Part shown: piece after piece, positions 1 through 8,414 of the stretch
Layout: the number at the start of each line of letters is the position of its first letter
Numbering within the stretch: position 1 is the first letter of the stretch
Assembly (NCBI GenBank): GCA_005240145.1
Contig: SBAS01000088.1
Location: 4,925-68,924, forward strand
DNA from: Nitrosomonadales bacterium
GTDB lineage: Bacteria > Pseudomonadota > Gammaproteobacteria > Burkholderiales > SG8-39
Direction of reading: 5' to 3'
DNA: 64,000 nt
Translations under genes and position numbers: made by a program
The notes under the pieces: model-generated
Database searches by the model: none
What the model was told of the DNA's origin: nothing
Seen by the model: only the letters and a program-made list of their open reading frames with translations

Positions 1-429
1 TGGCGGCGCGGCGGCACGTTCGGCGGGCTGTGCCCGGCACTGACAGAGCGCGCATTGCGGGAGACGGCGGGCGCCTACGTGATGCTCGCGCTTTGGGCGG
101 CGATGCGGCATAAGGCCGCCGCGATCGAACTGGAAGCGAGCCCGGAGGCGAGGTTCTCAATGCGGGCAGAGCTGGCGAATTTCATCGCCTGGCAGGTTCG
201 CGAGCTGCTCAGCGGCGGCAAGACGCCAGAGGGGCGAAGTGCGGGGCGCGAGCTGGCCAGCCTGCTGTACCTGGCGCTGACTGATCCTGCATCGCTCCAC
301 AGCGGCGAATATCTGTGGAGCCCGCGCCAGTACTGCGCAGCCATGAATTCCCTGCTTGGTGTGGAGCACCCGTTCGATGACGGAACGGCGATTGCCCGTC
401 ACCGCGCCCGCCTGGAGGGCTTTCTATGA
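1..429 (+). CDS. hypothetical protein, 5' end probably outside window (mobile-element associated)
   Basis: The frame is open from base 1 (track ORF 55-429 starts at a TTG). The stop overlaps the next start (ATGA at 426-429). No family recognised. Confidence 0.4.
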   Translation, partial: WRRGGTFGGLCPALTERALRETAGAYVMLALWAAMRHKAAAIELEASPEARFSMRAELANFIAWQVRELLSGGKTPEGRSAGRELASLLYLALTDPASLHSGEYLWSPRQYCAAMNSLLGVEHPFDDGTAIARHRARLEGFL

Positions 430-1001
430 GACGCACACCAGAGAGTGTCGAGGACAAGCGCACTGCGGCCGCTTGGGCCGCTGGCCCGCGAGCGCGCGCT
501 CTGCTCCGGTTTCCCGAATGGATGCATCGCGGCGTCCTGGAGCTTGCTCCTGGCCCGCATTCGGACCGTCTGCGGCACCTGGTCCTGCGGGCCTACGCGG
601 TGCGTGTACGCGCCGATACGGCGGCGGGCGGCGCCCGCTTGGTTCTGCTGGATGACGACGGGCGCAGCAGTTCGCGTGCCGCCTACCTGTTGCCGCTGTG
701 CAGGCCGGGCCTGTCAGAGGTGATATTCGATGAGGGCGCCACGTTCGCGGAGGCGCTCGCCTGGCCGGCGGAGCCCTTGGCGGTCCTGGATGAAAAAGAA
801 ACGACAGCTGCCCGCCTGCATGTCCTTGAAGCCGCCGGCGACGTACACGCGAGTGCGGAGTGGACCAGGCCGAAAAATGCTGATGGCGGCGAGCTTGCCG
901 CGAGGGCGCGGTTTCTCGACCTGGAGAGTGCGGAGCTGGTCCTACTGTTGAGGGGCAGGCGGTACGAGGTTGGCGCTGCATGGCTAGAGCGCTCGGCATG
1001 A
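426..1001 (+). CDS. hypothetical protein (mobile-element associated)
   Basis: 191-aa ORF translationally coupled to its upstream ORF (ATGA). It overlaps the primase start by 22 nt. No family recognised. Confidence 0.4.
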   Translation: MRRTPESVEDKRTAAAWAAGPRARALLRFPEWMHRGVLELAPGPHSDRLRHLVLRAYAVRVRADTAAGGARLVLLDDDGRSSSRAAYLLPLCRPGLSEVIFDEGATFAEALAWPAEPLAVLDEKETTAARLHVLEAAGDVHASAEWTRPKNADGGELAARARFLDLESAELVLLLRGRRYEVGAAWLERSA

Positions 1002-3814
1002 TCCAGCGGCAGCACTCCGCCGAGGAGATCCGCGCCGCCCTCGCGCATGTGCCGCCGGATCTGCCGCGCGAAGAATGGGTCCGCGTCGCGATGGCGATCA
1101 AGAGCGAGCTGGGAGAGGCCGGCCGCGAACTGTTCGATGCGTGGAGCGCGGGCGGGAAAACCTACGATGCGCGCGCCGTCCGGTCCACGTGGAAAAGCGT
1201 GAAGGCCGGCGGTGGTGTCACGATCGGCACGCTTTTCGAGATGGCGAAGGCCGGCGGGTATCAGCCCGGCGCGCCCTCCACGAGCGCGCCCGCAAGTCGT
1301 GAGACCGTGGAGCAGGCTGCGGCGGCACGGCGCGCACAAGACGAGGCAGAGGCTACCGAACGTGCTCAAGCGCAGGCCGCCACAGCAGCGCGCGCCCGCG
1401 AGATCTGGGAACGGGCGGGCCTTGAGGGCGCATGCGCGTACCTGGAGCGAAAGCAGGTTCAGGCATTTGGGCTGCGGTTCGCCCAAGATGGGACCGTGCT
1501 GGTGCCGATGCGCGACGGCGCCGGCAGGATCTACAACCTGCAGCGGATCACGCCAGGCGGGCGCAAGCTGTTCGAGAAGGGCGGGCGCACGTCGGCGCTG
1601 TGGCATGCGATTGGCGAGCCCACGAGCGCCCGCGCGGGCATCGTGTGCGAGGGTTACGCGACAGGCGCGACACTCCACCAGGCCTCGGGCCTGTTTGTCG
1701 CGGTGGCCTTCAGCGCGCACAACCTGTCGAAGGTCGCGCATGCGCTGCGCGCGCTCTATCCCGCTCTGCCGTTGATCGCCGCGGGCGACAATGACCAGGA
1801 GACCGAAGCCACGTCCGGGCGCAATCCTGGCGTGGAGACCGCACGAAAAGCCGCGCGCGCCATTCGCGGCGCGCTGATCCTGCCCGAGGGACTGAAGGAA
1901 GGTTCTGACTTCAACGACCTGGCCCGCGAGCGCGGGATCGAGGCCGTGCGCGAGACCGTGGAGGCCGGCGCAGCGCGCGCGCTGCAGGCGTTACAGCAGC
2001 CGGCGCCCTCGGGGGAGGCCGGAGCGTCTGAGGCGGGCGAGGATCGATTCAGCGTGACCGCGCGTGGCGTCTGGTATCTGCAGCCCGACAAGGACGGCGG
2101 AACGCGCCCGCTGTGGATCTGCTCACCGCTCACGGTGGAGGCACTGACCGAGAACGATGCGGGCGACGGCAAAGGCTACTGGCTTGCGTTTGCGGACCAG
2201 CGCGGGCGCGAGAAGCGCTGGGCGATGCCCGCCCGCATGTTCGGCGGTGAGGGCGCCGAGTTCAGGGCCTCGCTGCTCGACATGGGTTTGCGAATCGGCA
2301 CCGGCGCCGCGGCCCGCAACATGCTTTCCGCTTATATCCAGCCTCGCCAGGTGCAGACGTTCGCCCGATGTGTGGAGCGCGTCGGCTGGCATTCCGGTGG
2401 AGTGTATGTGTGGCCGGATCGCACCTTCGGGCCAGAGGAGGAGCGGACCATTTTCCAAGCCGAAGAGCGCATCCGCAATCCGTTCCGGTCCCACGGCACG
2501 CTCGACGGCTGGCGCGCCGAGGTTGCGGCGCTTTGCGTCGGGAATGCGCGCCTGACGTTCGCGGTGTCCGCTGCTTTCGCGGGGCCGTGCCTTGCGCTCG
2601 CCGGCCTGGAGGGTGGAGGCTTTCACCTGCGCGGCGCCAGTTCGGCGGGCAAGACCACGGCGCTGCGTATGGCAGGCTCGGTCTACGGCGGCCCTGACTA
2701 CCTGCAGACCTGGCGCAACACGGCAAACGCCCTGGAGAAGATGGCAGAGCACTTCTGCGACGCGTTGCTTGTGCTCGATGAGCTGGCCCAGCTCGATCCG
2801 AAGGAGATCGGCGACGCGGCCTACATGCTCGCCAACGGGCAGGCAAAGGGGCGCATGAACCGTGGGGCTGCGCTGCGCCCGCGCTCCGCCTGGCGCGTGC
2901 TCTTCCTGTCGAGCGGCGAAACCGGCCTCGCGGATCTGCTCGCCGAGACCAAGAAAACCGCCCGCGCCGGGCATGAAGTTCGATTCGTTGATTTACCGTC
3001 TGACGCTGGAAAGGGGCTCGGCATCTTCGAGACCTTGCATGGCGAGGCGGGCGGTGCTGCCTTCGCGGAGCGCGCCGGCCGTGCGGTGCGCCGGCACTAC
3101 GGCGGCGCGGGCGCCGCTTTTGTGGAGCAGCTTGCCGGCGATCGGGAGGGCGCCGCCCGCAAGCTGCGCGAGGGCGTGGAGCTGCTGCGCCGTGCGTGGG
3201 TGACGCATGGCGACGCATCCGGCCAGGTGCGCCGGGTTGCCGCGCGATTCGCGGTTGTCGGTGCGGCCGGCGAGCTGGCCACGCGCTGGGGACTCACGGG
3301 CTGGCCGGAAGGCGAAGCGGCACGCGCTGCGCGCGCCCTCTTCGACGCCTGGTGCGAGCAGCGCGGCGGCACTGGCGATGGCGAGGAAATCGCGATCGTG
3401 CGCCAGGTGGCCTCGGTGCTGAGCGAGCGCGGCGAGGCGAATTTCCCATGGTGGCATCGGGCAGCGGACGATCATCGTCCCAATTCGCCGAATCGCTGGG
3501 GGCTGCGCAAACTCCTTAACGCAAACGGGGACGGCATCGATTCGCACCAGGACCACTACATGCAGTTCGGCGACAAGATCTCCGAGACCGCTGCGGAGAG
3601 TGCGACAGCCGAGTACTACATCCTGACCGAACCGTTCCGGCGCGAGGTGTGCAAGGGATTCGATCCGCGGCTGGTTAGCCGCGTTCTGGCCGCGCGTGGG
3701 CACCTGATGACCGGCGAGGGTGGCCGCGCGGATCGCAAGGAACGGTTGCCCGCTATCGGCCTTGCGCGGTGCTACAGGATCAAACCGGGAATTTTCGATG
3801 ACGGCCTGCTGTAG
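980..3814 (+). CDS. P4-type DNA primase/helicase (PriCT-2-like N-terminus, Toprim, DUF927-type NTPase)
   Basis: 944 aa. N-terminal motif EEWVRVAMAIK...FDAWS...STWKS resembles PriCT-2. The Toprim-like block is GIVCEGYATGATL...AAGDND. Walker A is GASSAGKTT, followed by LVLDEL (Walker B). Confidence 0.8.
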   Translation: MARALGMIQRQHSAEEIRAALAHVPPDLPREEWVRVAMAIKSELGEAGRELFDAWSAGGKTYDARAVRSTWKSVKAGGGVTIGTLFEMAKAGGYQPGAPSTSAPASRETVEQAAAARRAQDEAEATERAQAQAATAARAREIWERAGLEGACAYLERKQVQAFGLRFAQDGTVLVPMRDGAGRIYNLQRITPGGRKLFEKGGRTSALWHAIGEPTSARAGIVCEGYATGATLHQASGLFVAVAFSAHNLSKVAHALRALYPALPLIAAGDNDQETEATSGRNPGVETARKAARAIRGALILPEGLKEGSDFNDLARERGIEAVRETVEAGAARALQALQQPAPSGEAGASEAGEDRFSVTARGVWYLQPDKDGGTRPLWICSPLTVEALTENDAGDGKGYWLAFADQRGREKRWAMPARMFGGEGAEFRASLLDMGLRIGTGAAARNMLSAYIQPRQVQTFARCVERVGWHSGGVYVWPDRTFGPEEERTIFQAEERIRNPFRSHGTLDGWRAEVAALCVGNARLTFAVSAAFAGPCLALAGLEGGGFHLRGASSAGKTTALRMAGSVYGGPDYLQTWRNTANALEKMAEHFCDALLVLDELAQLDPKEIGDAAYMLANGQAKGRMNRGAALRPRSAWRVLFLSSGETGLADLLAETKKTARAGHEVRFVDLPSDAGKGLGIFETLHGEAGGAAFAERAGRAVRRHYGGAGAAFVEQLAGDREGAARKLREGVELLRRAWVTHGDASGQVRRVAARFAVVGAAGELATRWGLTGWPEGEAARAARALFDAWCEQRGGTGDGEEIAIVRQVASVLSERGEANFPWWHRAADDHRPNSPNRWGLRKLLNANGDGIDSHQDHYMQFGDKISETAAESATAEYYILTEPFRREVCKGFDPRLVSRVLAARGHLMTGEGGRADRKERLPAIGLARCYRIKPGIFDDGLL

Positions 3815-3921
3815 CGCCCGCCGCGCGCGCGGCGGCGTAGTGGAGAAGTGTTCGCGCGGTTTTCGCCTTCCGTTGCGCCAAGAAAAGGCAGAGGCGGGAC
3901 GTGTGGCACAACCTGAGACGC

Positions 3922-4028
3922 GGTGTCCCCGGCGTCCCCAACGCTGTCCCCGGTCTGCGTGGGGACGGCTTCCTTGCGCTGCCTCAATGGGTTGCGCGTG
4001 CTTCTGCCGTTGTCCCCGGTGTCCCCAC
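3922..4028. repeat. iteron-like array (GTCCCC core, TGTCCCCGG long form)
   Basis: GTCCCC occurs at 3925, 3934, 3946, 4012 and 4021, and inverted (GGGGAC) at 3961. The array starts about 110 nt after the primase stop. Confidence 0.7.
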
Positions 4029-4042
4029 GAAAATTCGAGCGC

Positions 4043-4660
4043 TCACCGCGTGCTGAGCGCGTGCGTCCACTGATCCTCCCGGACGATGGCGAGAGGCACG
4101 CCCGCGCGCCTGTACTCGATCGCCTTCTCGATCTTGGTGCCATAGGAGCCGTGCTTCCATTCCTCGCTGCCGAGGCTGCCTATCACGAGGTAGCGCAGCT
4201 TTTTGGTCACGCCATTGCTGATCACGCCGCCGCGTGTCGCGATCTCGGCGATGCACCGCGGCCGTGGACCGAACACGAAATCGCCTGTGAGGCAGAACAC
4301 CGAGCCGGTAAATGTGATGGCGTCCACATCATCGAACGCGAGCTGGTTGACGTGCCGGCCTTCGGTGAGTTGTTCGAGCGAGCCCCCGGCGATCTGCTCC
4401 ACGGTGTGGACCAGGTGCGCACGCTCCTCTTCAGTGATTCGGCCGTCCGCGAGCGCTGCCTTGATGCGCGCGTGGAGCACGTCGCCTGGCCACGCGGTGG
4501 CGATGACGCTGTGCTGATCGAGCCAGCCGGAAAGGAAGCGGATCTCTTCGTCGCTGAGAACGCTGTCGGCCAACAGGCCGGAGACGAGACCGAGGAGCGA
4601 GCTGCAACTCTGCTTGAGCGTGTTGCGATACGCGCCTGCCTGGCGGGTGAAGAAGTTCAT
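4043..4660 (-). CDS. TerB-like N-terminal domain / C-terminal BRCT domain protein
   Basis: 205 aa. The C-terminus FTGSVFCLTGDF...GGVISNGVTKKLRYLVIGSLGSEEW...KIEKAIEYRRAGVPLAIVRED resembles the LigA-type BRCT domain. The N-terminus ALADGRITEEERAHL resembles TerB. Confidence 0.6.
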   Translation of the reverse strand: MNFFTRQAGAYRNTLKQSCSSLLGLVSGLLADSVLSDEEIRFLSGWLDQHSVIATAWPGDVLHARIKAALADGRITEEERAHLVHTVEQIAGGSLEQLTEGRHVNQLAFDDVDAITFTGSVFCLTGDFVFGPRPRCIAEIATRGGVISNGVTKKLRYLVIGSLGSEEWKHGSYGTKIEKAIEYRRAGVPLAIVREDQWTHALSTR

Positions 4661-4730
4661 GCTGGCCCCTGCAGCATCGTCCGACTACTCCACAGCAGGC
4701 GTCAAGCCCGCGGAGTGCGCAACGTGCGAA

Positions 4731-4823
4731 GGGGGGGGTAAGGGGGTGAAATCTCTAGGCTCTTCGGACCTAGACCGAGCGTCCCTTTCGCTGCACATAA
4801 CCGCATTATTCGATAGGGGGGGG
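4731..4823. repeat. two G8 homopolymer tracts in a divergent promoter region
   Basis: GGGGGGGG at 4731-4738 (followed by TAAGGGGG) and at 4816-4823. They lie between the BRCT gene start (4660, minus strand) and the ORF starting at 4901 (plus strand). Confidence 0.9.
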
Positions 4824-4900
4824 TGGCAAGAACAAGGGACCCCGTGGATCGACCGAACGCGTGCCGATCGCGCTGAAAACGGCCGCCTGGTGATTCACTG

Positions 4901-5344
4901 ATGCCCCGGACGCGCACCGCGGACGACAAGCTCCTCGCGTTGCTCGCGCGCGTGCCGGCGCCGATGCATGCCGGCGCGATCGCGGAGGCGCTGGGCTGGT
5001 CGAGGGCTAACGCGTTGTTGGTGGCCAGCCGCCTGCTGAATGCCAAGCGCCTGGTGCGCACCGACGGGGAACGCGACGGCGCGAATGGCCGGCCGCCGTT
5101 TTTATTTTCGCTGCCTGCGGCATTGCCGCCAGCAGAGACACCACGCCTTGCGCCTCTTGTGCCACAGAGCTACGTCGTAACGCCCTCGAATGCGGAGGCG
5201 CGCGTGGTGCGCATGTGCGGGCGCTCGCATGCTGAGGTGGAGTACGTCAACGGCCCTGAGCGCTTCCAGCGTGCGGTGATTCATATCGCGCTGCTGCGCC
5301 CATTCCAGCTGGGGGGCGCGCGACCTGGTCCCGTGCGGATCTGA
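4901..5344 (+). CDS. hypothetical protein, possible winged-helix N-terminus
   Basis: 147-aa ORF. The N-terminal LLALLARVPAPMHAGAIAEALGWSRANALLVASRLLNAKRLVR looks like a MarR-type wHTH. The C-terminal half is unknown. Confidence 0.4.
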   Translation: MPRTRTADDKLLALLARVPAPMHAGAIAEALGWSRANALLVASRLLNAKRLVRTDGERDGANGRPPFLFSLPAALPPAETPRLAPLVPQSYVVTPSNAEARVVRMCGRSHAEVEYVNGPERFQRAVIHIALLRPFQLGGARPGPVRI

Positions 5345-5403
5345 GCGTTGCTGCATTGCCTGAATACCGGTAGCGGATGCGCTGACAAACCTAGGCTGAA
5401 TCC

Positions 5404-5431
5404 TTGACAAACCCCCTTTCAAATATGTAGT
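5404..5431 (+). promoter_or_regulatory. candidate sigma70 promoter for the AlpA-like gene
   Basis: TTGACA (5404-5409), 16-nt spacer, TGTAGT (5426-5431), in a locally AT-richer stretch. TGACAAACC is repeated at 5387 and 5405. Confidence 0.35.
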
Positions 5432-5477
5432 GGTTGTCTGTAGTGTTCAGGTTCTATTTGCACTTGGACTGAATGCT

Positions 5478-5696
5478 ATGCAGCAGCATCAATCGCAGGA
5501 AGTAGAAACGGCTCGCCTCTGGAATGAAAAAGAGGTTGCCACTTTCCTCGGCGTCTCTGTCGCCTTCCTCCAGCATGATCGAGTCCGAGAAAAAAAGATC
5601 GCCTATCTCAAGATCGGGCGTGCGGTGCGCTACGACTATGCGGATGTGGTCGCGTACGCGCAGAGCTGCCGCCTCACTAGTCGCGCTGGCACATGA
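5478..5696 (+). CDS. AlpA/excisionase-type helix-turn-helix DNA-binding protein
   Basis: LWNEKEVATFLGVSVAFLQHDRVREKKIAYLKIGRAVRYDYADVVAY matches the phage AlpA / MerR-like HTH_17 pattern. I prefer ATG 5478 over the track start at 5430 because of the promoter position. Confidence 0.6.
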   Translation: MQQHQSQEVETARLWNEKEVATFLGVSVAFLQHDRVREKKIAYLKIGRAVRYDYADVVAYAQSCRLTSRAGT

Positions 5697-5764
5697 GCCG
5701 CAGCTCGAGCGGACGGAGCGCTCGCTTGTGATCAATGCCGCAATACAACGCTAAGGAGAAATAG

Positions 5765-7856
5765 ATGCGCGCGGGCACCTTGGTGGTGGACATCTCTGTA
5801 GGGGTCGCGAGATTGCAGCAGGACATGGCGCAGGCGAAGGGTGTTATCGCCAGCTCCATGAACGAGATCACGCGCGCGACAAACGTCGCCAAGACGGCGC
5901 TCGGCGCGCTCGGAGTGGGGCTCTCCGTCGGCTATTTCACGAACCTGATCAAAGGCACGATCGACGCTGCGGATCATCTTAACGATCTGAGCAAAGCCAC
6001 GAGCATTACCGTCGAGCAACTGGCCGGGTTGAAGCTGGCTGCAAAGCAATCCGGCGGGGACCTGGACGGCATCGCGCAGGCAATCAGCAAGCTCAGCGTG
6101 AATATGGGCAAAGACGCGGAGAAGTTCAAGGCGCTCGGCGTCTCTGCGAAAGATCCGCTCGAAGCGTTCAAACAGCTCTCCGATATTTTCGTCGCCATCC
6201 AGGACCCGCAGCAACGTGCCGCGGTCATGGCGGCGGCGCTCGGAAAATCTTGGGCGAGCGCGGCGCCCCTGCTCGCTGAAGGCAGCAAGAACATCGGCGA
6301 AATGGTGAAGCGCGGCACGCAACTTTCTGGCGTGACGAAGGAAATGACGGAGGAGGCCGATAAGTTCAACGATCAAATGACCGAACTCAACACGACCTTG
6401 GGCAGCGCGACGACCAAGGCGGTGGGGGGCCTTCTGCCAGGAATGAATACCATCGCTGAAGCGATGCGGGAAGCGGCGAAGGAAGGAGGCTTGCTGCTGA
6501 CGGTCTGGGTCGGGATGGGCGGGGCAATGGCGCATCTGCTCGGCATGGCGGATGCGCAAAAAGCGCGGGCCCGGCTCGGCGCTGTCGATGAGCAGCTCGG
6601 CGTGGCGCGCAAGCAGCTGCAAGCCGGCACGTTGAACCCTGAAGGGGCGTCGTCCAGTTTCTTCGGCTTTCTGATTCCTGACGTCAAGCTCGGCGAGGCG
6701 GCGCTGGCGCGCATCCGCGTGACCATTGACGATCTCGAAAAGGAAAGGAATCGGCTCACCCAGGCGGTGGATAAACCGCGAGCGGCGGTGCCGGCCGTGG
6801 ACCAGGCGGCGGCCGCGGCGGCGAAGGCCGCGGCGAAGAAATTCCTGGAGGACGTGGAAAAGGCAAAGCGCGCGAAGACCTTGCAGGACCTGATGAACGA
6901 GCAGGCCGGCGTGAGCAAGGATTTTCTCTCGGACTGGAATCTGCTGCAGCAGGGATACATCCACGGCAAACTGAACGTGGAGCAATACACCGAGGCGGTC
7001 ACCAAGTTGGTGGAGCAGCAGGGATTCGCGAAAGAGATCTCGAAGCGACAGGCCGAGGCCGCGAAGGCGCTGACCGACCAAATTGAAAGGCAGATCTCAA
7101 AGCAGGAGCAACAGGACGCACTGATTAGCGGCTTCCACTCGACGCTCGCCCAGCAGCACGCCGATATCGAGTTCGAGACCCTGCTGCTCCACATGTCCAC
7201 GGCGGAGCGCGAAAAGGCGACAGCGGTCCGCAGGATCGACCTGGATGCTGCGAGGGCAGCAGCTCAAGTGGATGCGGAGCAGATCGAGACCTACGGCAAG
7301 CTCACCCACAGCATTTACTCGGTGGCTGAGGCGGAGAAGGTCCGCATTGGTGCAGCGATCGACGGCAAGGTGGCGCGCGAAGCGGCCAAGGATGCCTCGG
7401 AGAAGGCGGCCAAGGAGTGGCAGTCCAGTTTCGATCGCACGTCGCAGGACATCGAACGCGCGCTCACCGATTCGATCATGCGCGGCGGCAAGTCGGGTCT
7501 GGATTACCTGCAGGATCTCTTTCGCACGGCGGTGCTCTCGCCGATCCTGCGGCCGGTGGCGCAGGGGATCACAGGCCTAGTCCAGAGCGGGCTTGGGTCG
7601 CTGGGGCTCGGCAGCGGGAGCGGTGGTGGCGTCGGCGGTGTCGGCAACCTGATTTCAAGCGGCAGGAGCTTTCTGGGGTTCGGTGGAGGCGCGACCGCAG
7701 CAGAGTTGTCCGGCGCTGCCGCGTTCGGTGGAGAGGCGTTCGGCGCGGCCTCCATCGAGGCGCTTGGCGCTGGCGCCGGGTTTGGCCCCTGGGGCATGGC
7801 CGCGGCAGGCGCGCTCGCGCTCTTCGGTGGTGATCTCTTCGGTGGCGAGAACAGTG
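5765..7856 (+). pseudogene. phage tail tape-measure protein, N-terminal ~700 aa only (3' part deleted)
   Basis: Strong RBS AAGGAGA (5753-5759). The N-terminal region IKGTIDAADHLNDLSKATSITVEQLAGLKLAAKQSGGDLDGIAQAISKL is typical of tape-measure proteins, followed by coiled-coil and Gly-rich segments. After about 7856 the 966-aa track ORF is only an out-of-frame read across downstream genes. Confidence 0.7.
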
Positions 7857-8411
7857 ATGGCGCGCCTGCGGCCGGGCGACATCCTGACGCATTGCTTCCG
7901 GCCGTTTCCCAATGCGCCCGCGGATCCCCAGGGCGGCGTGCGGCCGGAAATCACGGCGGCGCGCGAGCGCGGCGTGATTTTCGACATCGGTCACGGCGCG
8001 GGCTCCTTCGGCTTCGCCACCGGCCGCGCGATGCTGGCGGCGGGTTTCAAGCCCGATGTGATTTCCTCGGACGTGCATGTGATCTCGATCAAGGGCCCGG
8101 CCTTCGATCTGCTGCACACCCTGGGCAAGTTCATGGCGCTCGGCATGACCTTGCCCGAAGTCGTCGCCTGCGCCACCGTCAACGCGGCGCGCGCAATCCG
8201 CCGCACCGGCATGGGCACGCTCAAGCCCGGCGCGACGGGAGACGCCAGCATCTTCGAAGTCGTCACCACGCCGACGGAGTATCGCGACGTGCGCGGCGAG
8301 CACATCGTCGGCGAGCGCCGCCTGGTCGCGCGCGGCCTGGTGTTGAGCGGCGCCTGGTGGAGCGATGGTGTGGCAAGCTCCAGCATCGGAAGCCAAAGCA
8401 TGAGTCGCTGA
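7857..8411 (+). pseudogene. amidohydrolase/deacetylase-family metallohydrolase, C-terminal fragment (5' part missing)
   Basis: LRPGDILTHCF, FDIGHGAGSFGF, ISSDVH and GTLKPGATGDASIF are typical of the C-terminal half of dihydroorotase-like amidohydrolases. Only about 185 codons remain, and the tape-measure frame lies directly upstream. Confidence 0.6.
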
Positions 8412-8414
8412 CTT

